Source: Candidatus Altiarchaeota archaeon
GTDB taxonomy: Archaea; Altiarchaeota; Altiarchaeia; IMC4; QMZM01
DNA length: 64,000 bases
Direction of reading: 5' to 3'
Assembly: GCA_034659295.1 (NCBI GenBank)
Contig: JAYEGX010000078.1
Coordinates: forward strand, 1,175 to 65,174
Of the stretch, positions 1-8,830 are shown piece by piece (the stretch's first letter is position 1; every line of letters begins with the position of its first letter). Under the pieces are notes generated by a model that worked only from the letters and a program-made list of their open reading frames with translations, ran no database searches and was not told the DNA's origin. The position numbers and the translations under genes are program-made.

Positions 1-340
1 ATTGCATGACACAGATGTGGGCCTCTATACCGCACAGGATAATATTGGAGGGGGATTCCTCCTTAAGGGTTTCCCTGAAATCATCATCCCGGTAGCAGCT
101 GAAGTATTCCTTAACCACCGGGTTATAAAGACTGTTTCTTTCGAGAACCTCTTTAATCCCTGCTACAGTGGAACCGAGTTTTTCCTGCTCAGTCACCTGG
201 ACAGACAAACCCATGGTGCAGGCTGCCTCAATCAGGGCCCTGATGTTTGCTATAACCCTGTCTTTTTCATGGATGGAGTCTATTAGCTTATCCTGCACGT
301 CCACAACCAAAAGCATTGACTGCTCCCTTTTCAAAGTCAT
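1..340 (-). CDS. isochorismatase/cysteine-hydrolase family protein (5' part only; runs off the left edge)
   Basis: Own translation of the minus strand from ATG at 340-338: MTLKREQSMLLVVDVQDKLIDSIHEKDRVIANIRALIEAACTMGLSVQVTEQEK...NIILCGIEAHICVMQ. LLVVDVQ and GIEAHICV are hallmark motifs of the family. The start overlaps the upstream stop (ATGA). Absent from the ORF track because no stop lies inside the window. Confidence 0.6.
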   Translation of the reverse strand, partial: MTLKREQSMLLVVDVQDKLIDSIHEKDRVIANIRALIEAACTMGLSVQVTEQEKLGSTVAGIKEVLERNSLYNPVVKEYFSCYRDDDFRETLKEESPSNIILCGIEAHICVMQ

Positions 341-1608
341 TTTTTCACGCTGCTTAGGGTGGTCAAGCCCTCAGGTATTACAGTGACCCGGACACCATCC
401 CCCATTTTTTCAAAAGCCTTCTGGAGGGCTTCATCCGGTGTTCCCGCATAGCCCAGCCTGTAGGTCCCCACAACCTCCCTTTCTGGCATATCTGTCACAA
501 GGATTATGTTGGCTTTCTCCATAGCCTTAAGCTGGTAGAAGGCCTTATGCCCACCTATATTGAATTTTTTGCCTAATTCCCTCTGGATTTCCTCTTTTGT
601 CTTGTATTTCTTCATCCATTTCTCGTAGTTACTGGCTCCAACACCGTCCCCCACACCCTCCCTGCACTCTGCTACGAGAATTATCACACCACCCTCTTTT
701 ACAACATTCAGACCCAGATGCAGGGCTTTATAGGCCTGGTAGAGATCCAAATCATGCGGGCTTCCGTTAGCTGCCGTAACAACAATATCGGCTTCCTCCC
801 CGGAGGTTACCCGGTAGGCATCATCCACCAGCTTCGCTCCCTTTCTCAGAACAGAATCAAAGTATCCGGCAAATGATCCGATAATACCCTCCTCGGTCTG
901 CACTATGTTTATGGTGTAATCCACGCCAGCCATCTTGGCTGCTTCACTCATGTTCTCGTACATGGGGTTGCCGTCCAGTTTACCTGGTCTGGAGTTCGGA
1001 TGGAAGAAATTCCGCTGGTAGTTGTCTTGTATGCTCTCATGTCCTGCAACACCAGGCAGGACGGATTTCCTCCCTCCCCCGTAGCCTGCGAAGTAGTGAA
1101 TCTCCACATCCCCTGTAAGAACCCTGACATCAGCCTCGTAAAACGCCCTCTTGAGGTGGACTGGGGTGCCCATGCTGGTATCTCCTATGTAAACGAAGTC
1201 ATCTCCCCAGCAGTCATTGCTCACGTATCTAATCCTTGAGGCGATATCCCTCCCTAAAAGCCGTGATGCCTCCTCATCTGTTACAGTGCGATGGCTTCCG
1301 GTGGCGAATATTATTGTTATGTCCCCGTCTCTCACCCCGGCCAAATAGAGTTCCTCAAGAAGAGGGGGTAATATCTGGTCTGTGGGGCATGGTCTGGTGT
1401 GATCATCCACTGCTATGGCAACACTATCCCCTTTTTTTGCAATGTCCCTGAGTCTCCTGGTTTTTATTGGATTCTGGAGCGCATCCCTGATGATATCATC
1501 TGCATTTTTCTCTATTTTCAGTTCTTTTGGTTTAAGAACATCCAATAGATTCTTTTCCGGCACATCAACAGAAAGTTCCTTTTCACCGTATGGTAAGGGT
1601 AATCTCAT
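337..1608 (-). CDS. LarA-like (DUF2088) nickel-pincer-dependent racemase/epimerase family protein
   Basis: 423 aa. N-terminus MRLPLPYGEKELSVDVPEKNLL..., AIAVDDHTRPCP and FATGSHR blocks match the lactate racemase LarA N-terminal domain family. Substrate unknown. Confidence 0.65.
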   Translation of the reverse strand: MRLPLPYGEKELSVDVPEKNLLDVLKPKELKIEKNADDIIRDALQNPIKTRRLRDIAKKGDSVAIAVDDHTRPCPTDQILPPLLEELYLAGVRDGDITIIFATGSHRTVTDEEASRLLGRDIASRIRYVSNDCWGDDFVYIGDTSMGTPVHLKRAFYEADVRVLTGDVEIHYFAGYGGGRKSVLPGVAGHESIQDNYQRNFFHPNSRPGKLDGNPMYENMSEAAKMAGVDYTINIVQTEEGIIGSFAGYFDSVLRKGAKLVDDAYRVTSGEEADIVVTAANGSPHDLDLYQAYKALHLGLNVVKEGGVIILVAECREGVGDGVGASNYEKWMKKYKTKEEIQRELGKKFNIGGHKAFYQLKAMEKANIILVTDMPEREVVGTYRLGYAGTPDEALQKAFEKMGDGVRVTVIPEGLTTLSSVKK

Positions 1609-1664
1609 TTTGACCAGTAATTATTTTACGATGATGTTCTTAAAAATTTGATATAGATTAGGAT

Positions 1665-1940
1665 TTATTTATAAGAGAATACATCTCCATGATATTTTCT
1701 AATTATCTCCTTGATTTCATCGCCTCTTTGCGGGTTAAGCGACACCTCCACACCATAATTGGTTGGTTTGGAGATGAGATAACCCTCTTTTATCGCATAT
1801 TTCCCAACCTTCTTAATGTCTCCTCTTATGTGTTTAGGAAATCCTTTACTTAGGTTATCAAATGATGTGTGAGAGTTACCCCACTTATTTAATCTTGCTA
1901 GATTGAGCAGGATGTCAGAAAGTATTTCCTCCTTTATCAT
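1665..1940 (-). CDS. small hypothetical protein, possible winged-helix fold
   Basis: 91-aa ORF flanked by AT-rich promoter-like DNA. No recognisable catalytic motif. Confidence 0.35.
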   Translation of the reverse strand: MIKEEILSDILLNLARLNKWGNSHTSFDNLSKGFPKHIRGDIKKVGKYAIKEGYLISKPTNYGVEVSLNPQRGDEIKEIIRKYHGDVFSYK

Positions 1941-2102
1941 ATAATATAATCTGAACGTATGATTAAAAATAATTATTTTTACATAAAATCAACTTTTGAG
2001 AATATTTATATATTTAATTCATAGTATTTATAAGATAATTTATTCATAGCAATACAGATACATGGGATGATAGTCTCCTGTCATTCCACAACTAGATTTA
2101 AA

Positions 2103-2426
2103 ATGGCACACGAAAAATCCTTACTATTAGGAGTCTTGGGCGATACACCCCAACTAAGGATAGTTGATTTTTTATTGGGACACTACAGGTATGACTACTC
2201 CAAAAAAGAGATAGCAGAGGGTGCAGGTATAGCAGTTTCTACCCTCTATGGTGTCTGGAAGGAATTGGAGGAGCTAGAGATAGTAATCCAAACAAGAGCT
2301 TACGGAAATACAAGATTATTCAAGATAAATTCCCAGAATTCGTTGGTTAAATCACTAGCTAAGATGGATATGGATTTGGTTGAGTTAACAGCTCCGAAGA
2401 AGAGGATTGTGGCAAATCCATCATAG
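2103..2426 (+). CDS. winged-helix (MarR/ArsR-like) transcriptional regulator
   Basis: MAHEKSLLLGVLGDTPQLRIVDFLL...YSKKEIAEGAGIAVSTLYGVWKELEELEIV has an HTH plus wing pattern. The ATG at 2103 is preferred over the track start at 2067, which adds an odd Cys/Ser leader. Confidence 0.5.
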   Translation: MAHEKSLLLGVLGDTPQLRIVDFLLGHYRYDYSKKEIAEGAGIAVSTLYGVWKELEELEIVIQTRAYGNTRLFKINSQNSLVKSLAKMDMDLVELTAPKKRIVANPS

Positions 2427-2465
2427 AATCTGGAAAATTACAAAAATCTGGGACCCTTAAAAACT

Positions 2466-3746
2466 CTAAGAGCCAGGGGTTCCTCCATCCACACCACCCT
2501 CCCTTAATTCACTTCCGTCTCTGATAAGTGTTTTACCGTTTCCATCGGCACCAATTGAATTTATATAGAAGACGGAATCAATTTCTCTCCCATCCTTCCT
2601 GTCTAAAAGGCGAAGTGTACAAGCAGAATTCAACAGATCGAATGATGAATCTATTATCGCTCCAATATGCCCTGGATGATCCTCCAGAAATTTCTCAGGG
2701 TCATCTACTATGACCGCGTACTCACCATCCTCTATAATCATATCGCCTTGATAGGGATTCAACTTATGTTGTGTTTTTACACCGTTTATTCTCTCCTCTT
2801 CAAGCCTCCAATTACTCATATCCACAGTAATGCCGTTACCATAGACCTCAATCCATTCCCTGTTATTGTCAGAACCAGGGAGATTATACATTACCTCCGT
2901 AATCAACACGGAACCGGCCGAAACAGTGGATGAGGTTGTTGTGGAGGTTGAGGTTGTGGTCGAGGAGGTTGATGTAGTTGATGTAGAGGTTGAGGTGGTC
3001 GAGGAGGAGGTGGTTGAAGTGGACAGGAGTGTGGTGGAGGATGTGGTTGAAGTGGATGTAGGGGTTGATGTGGAGGTGGTGGACTCCTCTCTTAGGCCAA
3101 CACTTAATTCATCCACCAGATTCAGGCCAGAATCCCAGAGATAGGCGGTATCACCGTCATTATTCCAGACGCCCCCATCCCTGCCCCAGTACAGGTCGGT
3201 TGGTGAATCAATTCCTGATCCGGTGTGAACCCTCACCGAGGTACCGGAAAGCAGTTTAAACTCGTTAGGAAACAGGTAGACGTGGTCTTCCCTGTCCCTT
3301 AGAAACCAGTCGCTTAAATCCATCGCAGAGCTGTCCTGGTTTGATAACATCACCCACTCATCACCCAGATCCAATCCCACAATCCGTATCCCCCCCGCAG
3401 GCAATGTGATGGTTGAACTGGATGTGGATGCTGTTTTCTTTGTTGTTGTGGAGGTAATCCCGCATCCATCATAGTCCTCTACCACGCGGCCGTCCGGGCA
3501 GATATACTTTGTTATAAGGGTTGTGGATGTCTTAGGCTCAGGGCATTCATCCGGGTCATTCACCACCCGCCCATTAGAGCATACGTAATGGTCTGTTTTG
3601 GGACAGTCACTCTTTTGGGATACCATACTACCGTCAGAGCATATGAACTTTGTTTCAGGCTGGCTGCTAAGACAGCAACCAAAAAACACCAGAAGGATAA
3701 GAAAAAAGTGCCCGGATTCCATTATATTAACTATGGGGTGATTCAC
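2466..3746 (-). CDS. secreted/anchored surface protein with two lamin-tail-domain-like modules, N-terminal Cys motifs and Ser/Thr linkers
   Basis: Hydrophobic N-terminus (FFLILLVFFGCC). Three C-x-DG-x-V-x(5-6)-C motifs. Two LTD-like modules (IVGLDLGDEWVMLSN...DLSDWFLRD and VLITEVMYNLPGSDNNREWIEVYGNG...MSNWRLEE). About 55-aa S/T tract. The GTG at 3746 overlaps the upstream stop (GTGA). The ATG at 3722 is an alternative start. Confidence 0.6.
   Translation of the reverse strand: MNHPIVNIMESGHFFLILLVFFGCCLSSQPETKFICSDGSMVSQKSDCPKTDHYVCSNGRVVNDPDECPEPKTSTTLITKYICPDGRVVEDYDGCGITSTTTKKTASTSSSTITLPAGGIRIVGLDLGDEWVMLSNQDSSAMDLSDWFLRDREDHVYLFPNEFKLLSGTSVRVHTGSGIDSPTDLYWGRDGGVWNNDGDTAYLWDSGLNLVDELSVGLREESTTSTSTPTSTSTTSSTTLLSTSTTSSSTTSTSTSTTSTSSTTTSTSTTTSSTVSAGSVLITEVMYNLPGSDNNREWIEVYGNGITVDMSNWRLEEERINGVKTQHKLNPYQGDMIIEDGEYAVIVDDPEKFLEDHPGHIGAIIDSSFDLLNSACTLRLLDRKDGREIDSVFYINSIGADGNGKTLIRDGSELREGGVDGGTPGS
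2921..3083 (-). repeat. low-complexity coding repeat encoding the Ser/Thr-rich linker
   Basis: Plus strand reads as reiterated gaggtt/gtggtg/gatgt units. Translation on the minus strand is TSTSTPTSTSTTSSTT...TSTSTTTSST. Confidence 0.75.
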
Positions 3747-4450
3747 GTAAAAAGGAATGCGAGTAATACGGCAGCTAATCCACCCATCAGGGTGGCCAGG
3801 AAGTTAACTGTATGCTTGTCTATCAACTTTCTCTCAACAACCGCCCCCAGAAGGCTGTCAATGTTGCAGCCGACGAAACCGGCTAGTGCGCCAACATAGA
3901 GATAGGATATATGATGGGAGAATAGCACAGGAATCAGGGAGAGGAGGAATGCACCTGCCAGGGAAGCTATTGTACCCGGAGCTGATATCGCGCCGCTTGT
4001 TCCCACCTTAACCCTCTTTCTTGGGTTTGTTATGAGACGGGGTTTCTTGTCGTATATCTGGCCTATCTCCGTTGCAAAGGTGTCTGCTGTGGCAGTGGCC
4101 ATCGCCCCCACGAAACCGTAGAGTAGCAGGGAGTTGCCCGTGTAGTAATACAGCAGGGAATATATTACTGCCGAGCCCCCGTTACCGAAGACGTTCCTGT
4201 ATGTCCTGACTTCCTGGCCAACGCCGTTTCTCTCTTTTTCACCCAGCTTGTATTTACTTACCAGGTTCCCTACGATAAAGAACGCTAGGACGATGTAAAT
4301 CCAGTACCATAAATCCCCCAGGGATATGAATATTGCAACCCCCACAAAACCTGATGCAATCAGAGCTGTTAACTCGATTTTTTTCTTCAGGTATGCGAAA
4401 ACAAGTATCAGCACACATAAAAATACGGTAACCCAGAGATATGAACTCAT
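3743..4450 (-). CDS. DUF92/TMEM19-family integral membrane protein
   Basis: Conserved ATATADTFATEIGQ and GTSGAIS blocks and multiple TM helices. The ATG at 4450 (MSSYLWV...) is preferred because the longer track ORF would overlap purS on the other strand. Confidence 0.65.
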   Translation of the reverse strand: MSSYLWVTVFLCVLILVFAYLKKKIELTALIASGFVGVAIFISLGDLWYWIYIVLAFFIVGNLVSKYKLGEKERNGVGQEVRTYRNVFGNGGSAVIYSLLYYYTGNSLLLYGFVGAMATATADTFATEIGQIYDKKPRLITNPRKRVKVGTSGAISAPGTIASLAGAFLLSLIPVLFSHHISYLYVGALAGFVGCNIDSLLGAVVERKLIDKHTVNFLATLMGGLAAVLLAFLFT

Positions 4451-4529
4451 CTTAAAGAATAGAGTAGAGAACATAAAAATAACCGTTTTTAGTGCTCTAG
4501 TGTAATGTTTTAACATTGAGGTGAGATAG

Positions 4530-4772
4530 ATGCTGTACTCCATCGAAGTCAGAATAGAATTAAAGAAGGGTGTTATTGACGCGGAAGGGGAAACCGTCAA
4601 GAAATCACTTAACCTTTTGGGATACATGGTAGCGGACGTGAACACTGTAAGAGTATATGTCATAGAGTTGGAAGCCAGATCAGAGGAGGAAGCTGTTAAG
4701 GAAATAAATGAGGCCTGTAACAGATTATTGGCTAATCCGGTGATACAAAACTACAGCGTGGCGGTAAAATGA
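4530..4772 (+). CDS. purS: phosphoribosylformylglycinamidine synthase subunit PurS
   Basis: 80 aa. The pattern VRIELKKGVIDAEGETVKKSLNLLGY is typical PurS. GAGGTGA sits just upstream of the ATG. The stop overlaps the purL start. Confidence 0.85.
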   Translation: MLYSIEVRIELKKGVIDAEGETVKKSLNLLGYMVADVNTVRVYVIELEARSEEEAVKEINEACNRLLANPVIQNYSVAVK

Positions 4773-7078
4773 GCATGTACAGGGAAATCACCGACGGGGT
4801 GTATGAGATAAACCTGCTGGATTCATCAGACGAGGAGATGGAATCGCTGAGCCGGGACAGGAGCCTGGGTCTGAACCTTAGTGAACTAAAGAAAATAAAG
4901 AAACACTTCCAGGAAGAGGGTAGGAATCCAAGCGATGTGGAATTGGAGGCTTTTGCCCAGAGCTGGAGCGAGCACTGCTGCTACAAGAGCAGCAAACCCA
5001 TACTGGATGAAAGTGTTTTCAAAACCAAGGCCCCGCAAAATATTTGCGTAATCTCCGAGGATGCCGGGGTGGTGGATTTCAATGAAGACTATGCTTATGT
5101 CGTCGCCCTTGAGAGCCACAACCATCCCTCGGCCCTGGACCCCTACGGCGGGGCAGCAACAGGTATTGGAGGAATCCTCAGGGACGTGGTCTGCATGGGC
5201 GCGCAACCTGTTGCACTGGTTGATCCCCTGTTTTTCGGGCCGCTGGATTATGAATACAAAAAGTTACCTGAGGGAGTCAAGCATCCGGAGTTCCTGTTTA
5301 AGGGCGTGGTCGCTGGTATCGCCGCATACGGTAACCGGGTTGGCATTCCCACAGTAGCTGGTATGGTGGATTTCGACGAAAGCTACGTCGGCAACTGCCT
5401 GGTTAACGTGGGCTGCGTTGGCGTAGTCAGAAAAGAAGATATAATACACAGCCGGGCTGGATACAAAGGCGACGTCTACATCCTGGCTGGAGGCAAGACA
5501 GGCAGGGATGGAATCCATGGGGTAACCTTCGCATCAGCGGAGCTTAATGAGGGAAGCGAGGAAAAGGATATTCCCGCCGTACAACTGGGTTATGCTATAA
5601 TGAAGGAGCCCCTGATGCACGCGTGTTTGGAGGCCAACAAAAAAAAGCTTTTAACCGGCTTGAAGGATTTTGGTGGTGGAGGGCTTTCCTGCGTGTCCGC
5701 TGAGATGGCTCACTCAGGGGGTAAGGGAGCGAGCGTATACCTTGATAAAATCCCGTTGAAGGATGAGAGTCTCAATCCATGGGAGATCTGGGTCTCAGAA
5801 AGCCAGGAACGAATGATGCTAACCGTAAAACCCGAGAACGTGGAGGGGGTTTTGGATATATTCGATTTCTGGGATGTTCCGGCTGTGGTGGTGGGGGAAA
5901 TAGATGACAGCAGCAGAATAAAGGTAGCATACAAGGGCGTTGCTGTCCTGGATCTGGACTTGGATTTCCTGTTGAAGGGTGTTGTCTATGAAAGGCCATA
6001 CAGGTTTGTTAAAAGAGATTATGAGGATGTTGATTTCAGGATGCCTGACCTGAAGGAAAGCTGTATGAGAATACTGGGCAGCCATAGAGTGGGCAGTAAA
6101 GCCTCAGTAGTCAGGGGATACGATCATGAGGTTAGAGGCAATACAGTAATCAAGCCCATGCAGGGTGTAGTGAATAAACAATCCCACGGGGATGCTGCAG
6201 TAATTAAACCATTAGACGACAGCTTTATGGGATTGTCGATTACAACGGATGTGAACCCCCACTTCTGTAGGCTGGACCCTTACTGGGGAGCTGCCTCTGC
6301 TGTTGAGGAGGTAGTGAGGAATCTGGTTTCAGTAAATAGTCTGCCGCATTCTATGGCGGACTGCCTGAACTTCGGCAACCCCGAAAAGGAAGACAGGTTG
6401 GGAGACTTCAGGAAATGCTGTGAGGGTTTGTACTTTGCTGCAAGCTCATTTGAACTGCCATTCGTATCCGGGAATGTCTCGTTCTACAACGAAAGTGCTT
6501 CGGATGCTGTTGCACCGACACCATCCCTTCTGGGGATAGGAATAGTCCGGGATGTCAGAAACTGCATTACATCAGACCTTAAAAGTGAAGGTAATCTGCT
6601 CTATCTTGTGGGAGAAACAGGAAGGGAGATGGGAGCCTCAGAATACTACCGGATTCTGGGACGTAATGGAGGGACAGTCCCCAGGGTTTACCCCAAAAGG
6701 GTCATGAAGGAAATGAATTCCCTGCTGGATTTGATGGATTCCTCTAGGATAAGATCATGCCATGATTTATCAACCGGAGGTCTCTTCGTTGCTTTGGCAG
6801 AGATGTGTTTCGGAGGAGACCTTGGAGCTAGATTGGATCTGGGGGGTATGGGAGATCTGAGAAGTGATTTTAAGCTGTTCAGCGAATCAAACGGTAGGTG
6901 GCTGGTTGAGGTAAGGGAGAAAGACTCGGAGATGGTAGAAAAGGAACTGAATGCTCTGCGGGTTGGGGTTGTTAATAGTGAAAAGACCATTGATTTAGCG
7001 GATGGTAGAGATAAGATATCACTTGACCTGGAGGCGTTGAGGGGGAAGTGGATGAATGCGATAGGTGGTGGTGAATAG
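4769..7078 (+). CDS. purL: phosphoribosylformylglycinamidine synthase II PurL
   Basis: 769 aa with ESHNHPSALDPYGGAATGIGGILRD and duplicated AIR-synthase-like domains. Lies between purS and purQ. Confidence 0.95.
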   Translation: MSMYREITDGVYEINLLDSSDEEMESLSRDRSLGLNLSELKKIKKHFQEEGRNPSDVELEAFAQSWSEHCCYKSSKPILDESVFKTKAPQNICVISEDAGVVDFNEDYAYVVALESHNHPSALDPYGGAATGIGGILRDVVCMGAQPVALVDPLFFGPLDYEYKKLPEGVKHPEFLFKGVVAGIAAYGNRVGIPTVAGMVDFDESYVGNCLVNVGCVGVVRKEDIIHSRAGYKGDVYILAGGKTGRDGIHGVTFASAELNEGSEEKDIPAVQLGYAIMKEPLMHACLEANKKKLLTGLKDFGGGGLSCVSAEMAHSGGKGASVYLDKIPLKDESLNPWEIWVSESQERMMLTVKPENVEGVLDIFDFWDVPAVVVGEIDDSSRIKVAYKGVAVLDLDLDFLLKGVVYERPYRFVKRDYEDVDFRMPDLKESCMRILGSHRVGSKASVVRGYDHEVRGNTVIKPMQGVVNKQSHGDAAVIKPLDDSFMGLSITTDVNPHFCRLDPYWGAASAVEEVVRNLVSVNSLPHSMADCLNFGNPEKEDRLGDFRKCCEGLYFAASSFELPFVSGNVSFYNESASDAVAPTPSLLGIGIVRDVRNCITSDLKSEGNLLYLVGETGREMGASEYYRILGRNGGTVPRVYPKRVMKEMNSLLDLMDSSRIRSCHDLSTGGLFVALAEMCFGGDLGARLDLGGMGDLRSDFKLFSESNGRWLVEVREKDSEMVEKELNALRVGVVNSEKTIDLADGRDKISLDLEALRGKWMNAIGGGE

Positions 7079-7079
7079 G

Positions 7080-7889
7080 ATGCCTGATGTGTGTGTTTTG
7101 TTGATTGAGGGAACCAACTGCGAGGAGGAAACACGCAGGGCATTTGAGTCGGTGGGTTTGGAGGCGGAACTCGTTCATCTGAAGCAGCTTACAGGCGACT
7201 GCAATAAAGAGATGCGAAAGAATTTATTCGACTATAGGGTTCTTATGTTGCCCGGCGGGTGGTCAGCAGGGGATTATGTTAGAGCGGGCGCCATATTCGC
7301 TGCGAGAATAAAGTCCAGGCTCGGGGGAGATATAAAGGAGTTTGTTGAGTCAGGAAATTTGGTGGGCGGTATCTGCAACGGATTCCAGATATTGACTGAA
7401 ATGGGGCTTCTGCCGGCATTTGATGGGATGGGTGAGGCGCCGGTGGCTTGTTTAACAAACAATCTGTGCTCCAGTTTCCAGTGCAGGCCAACCTACATAA
7501 GGCACGTAAATAGCTGCCGGTTCACAGGCGAGATAGGAAGGGATTGCGTAATGCAAATTCCCGTAGCCCATGCAGAAGGCAGGTTTACCTTCGGGGAGAG
7601 GGACAGAGAGCTTCTTTCGGAGTTGGTGGATAATAAGCAGATAGTCTTCAGGTACTGTAGGGAGAACGGGGATGAAGCCGGGGGAATGTTCCCATGGAAC
7701 CCCAACGGTAGCCTGTATGATATTGCCGGAATCTGTAATCCGGAGGGTAATGTGTTGGGGTTGATGCCTCATCCTGAAAGAGTAATTGACGTGATACAGG
7801 AATCGGATTGGACAAGAAAAACAGGCAGGGAATACAGCGACGGACGGTTGTTGTTTGAGAGTGTTGCGAAATACCTGAAGAAGAGATGA
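7080..7889 (+). CDS. purQ: phosphoribosylformylglycinamidine synthase I (glutaminase) PurQ
   Basis: Class-I glutamine amidotransferase with GICNGFQIL nucleophile elbow and MPHPER. The ATG at 7080 follows GGTGGTGA and the purL stop. The track start at 7065 is a GTG inside purL. Confidence 0.9.
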   Translation: MPDVCVLLIEGTNCEEETRRAFESVGLEAELVHLKQLTGDCNKEMRKNLFDYRVLMLPGGWSAGDYVRAGAIFAARIKSRLGGDIKEFVESGNLVGGICNGFQILTEMGLLPAFDGMGEAPVACLTNNLCSSFQCRPTYIRHVNSCRFTGEIGRDCVMQIPVAHAEGRFTFGERDRELLSELVDNKQIVFRYCRENGDEAGGMFPWNPNGSLYDIAGICNPEGNVLGLMPHPERVIDVIQESDWTRKTGREYSDGRLLFESVAKYLKKR

Positions 7890-7890
7890 T

Positions 7891-8748
7891 TTACCTGCCC
7901 AGAACATCCTTCATATACTCAAGGGTTTTATCACGGAATTCGCCCCTTCTCAGGGCATACTGTATGGTCGCTCGTATATAGTCTTCCTTGTTCCCTAGGT
8001 CATATCTTTCCCCGTCAAACTCTGTTGCATAAATTCTTTGTTCCCTGGATAATAGTTTTATTGCGTCTGTGAGCTGTATCTCACCCCCCTTCCCGGGTTC
8101 GGTCTGTTCTATTGCATCAAAGATTTCAGCAGTTAGAAGGTATCTGCCGATGATCGCAAGGTTTGATGGCGCCTCCTCGGGTCTGGGCTTCTCCACCAGA
8201 TCCTTTACTTCGTAGGTGTTTCCCTCAACCCCCACGCCGTCTATAACGCCGTATTGTTCGATCATGTTCATTCCAACCTCATGCACGGCGATTACAGGGC
8301 CCTTGTGTTTCTCATGGCAATCCATCAACTGCCTGCAGCAGGGAACCTTCGAGAAAATCACGTCATCTCCAAGCAAAACAACGAAGGGCTCATCTCCAAC
8401 ATGCTTTTTCGCACAGTATACCGCATGTCCAAGCCCCAACGCCTCAGGCTGCCTGATGTAGTGTATGTCCGCGAGATCGGATATGTCCTGGACCTCCTTT
8501 AGGAGTTCATGTTTACCCTTCATCTCCAGGATATGCTCGAGTTCATAGGATTTATCGAAGTGGTCTTCTATCGCCCTCTTACCCCTGCCGGTTATAATCA
8601 GGATGTCGTCTATTCCTGAATTCACCGCCTCCTCTATGACAAACTGTATAACCGGCTTGTCTATCAGGGGTAGCATCTCCTTCGGCTGGGCCTTCGTTGC
8701 CGGCAGGAACCGTGTGCCCAATCCCGCTGCAGGTATAACCGCCTTCAT
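7891..8748 (-). CDS. galU: UTP-glucose-1-phosphate uridylyltransferase
   Basis: KAVIPAAGLGTRFLPATKAQPKEMLP N-terminal signature, VLLGDD and EKP motifs; 285 aa. Confidence 0.85.
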   Translation of the reverse strand: MKAVIPAAGLGTRFLPATKAQPKEMLPLIDKPVIQFVIEEAVNSGIDDILIITGRGKRAIEDHFDKSYELEHILEMKGKHELLKEVQDISDLADIHYIRQPEALGLGHAVYCAKKHVGDEPFVVLLGDDVIFSKVPCCRQLMDCHEKHKGPVIAVHEVGMNMIEQYGVIDGVGVEGNTYEVKDLVEKPRPEEAPSNLAIIGRYLLTAEIFDAIEQTEPGKGGEIQLTDAIKLLSREQRIYATEFDGERYDLGNKEDYIRATIQYALRRGEFRDKTLEYMKDVLGR

Positions 8749-8830
8749 TTTTTATTTCAAGCAATGGAAAAAAAGATTTGTTTTTAGACTGTATGTAGTT
8801 ATTTATGAGCGATGATATAAAATAGAGCGC

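Noticed and set aside
2-386. Two plus-strand ORFs (2-286 and 168-386)
   Set aside because: They are antisense to a minus-strand frame with clear isochorismatase-family motifs that couples to the larA-like stop. The plus-strand translations have no recognisable features.
2921-3083. Possible CRISPR-like or minisatellite array
   Set aside because: The units are irregular 6-12 nt codon-level reiterations inside a coding S/T linker, with no spacer/repeat architecture and no cas genes in the window.
2866-3144. 92-aa acidic Val/Glu-rich ORF on the plus strand
   Set aside because: This is the reverse-complement reading of the Ser/Thr linker of the LTD protein, so it is a repeat-driven artefact.
4451-4663. 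Long 5' extension of the DUF92 ORF overlapping purS on the opposite strand
   Set aside because: The extension is Ser/Thr/Phe-rich with no TM or family signal and would run through the purS promoter and start. An internal ATG at 4450 begins directly at the first TM helix.
8801-8830. tatgagcgatgata resembling the sRNA guide/D-box segment tatgagcgctgata at 60741-60754
   Set aside because: Only about 14 nt of similarity with no C box or second guide around it, so probably chance.
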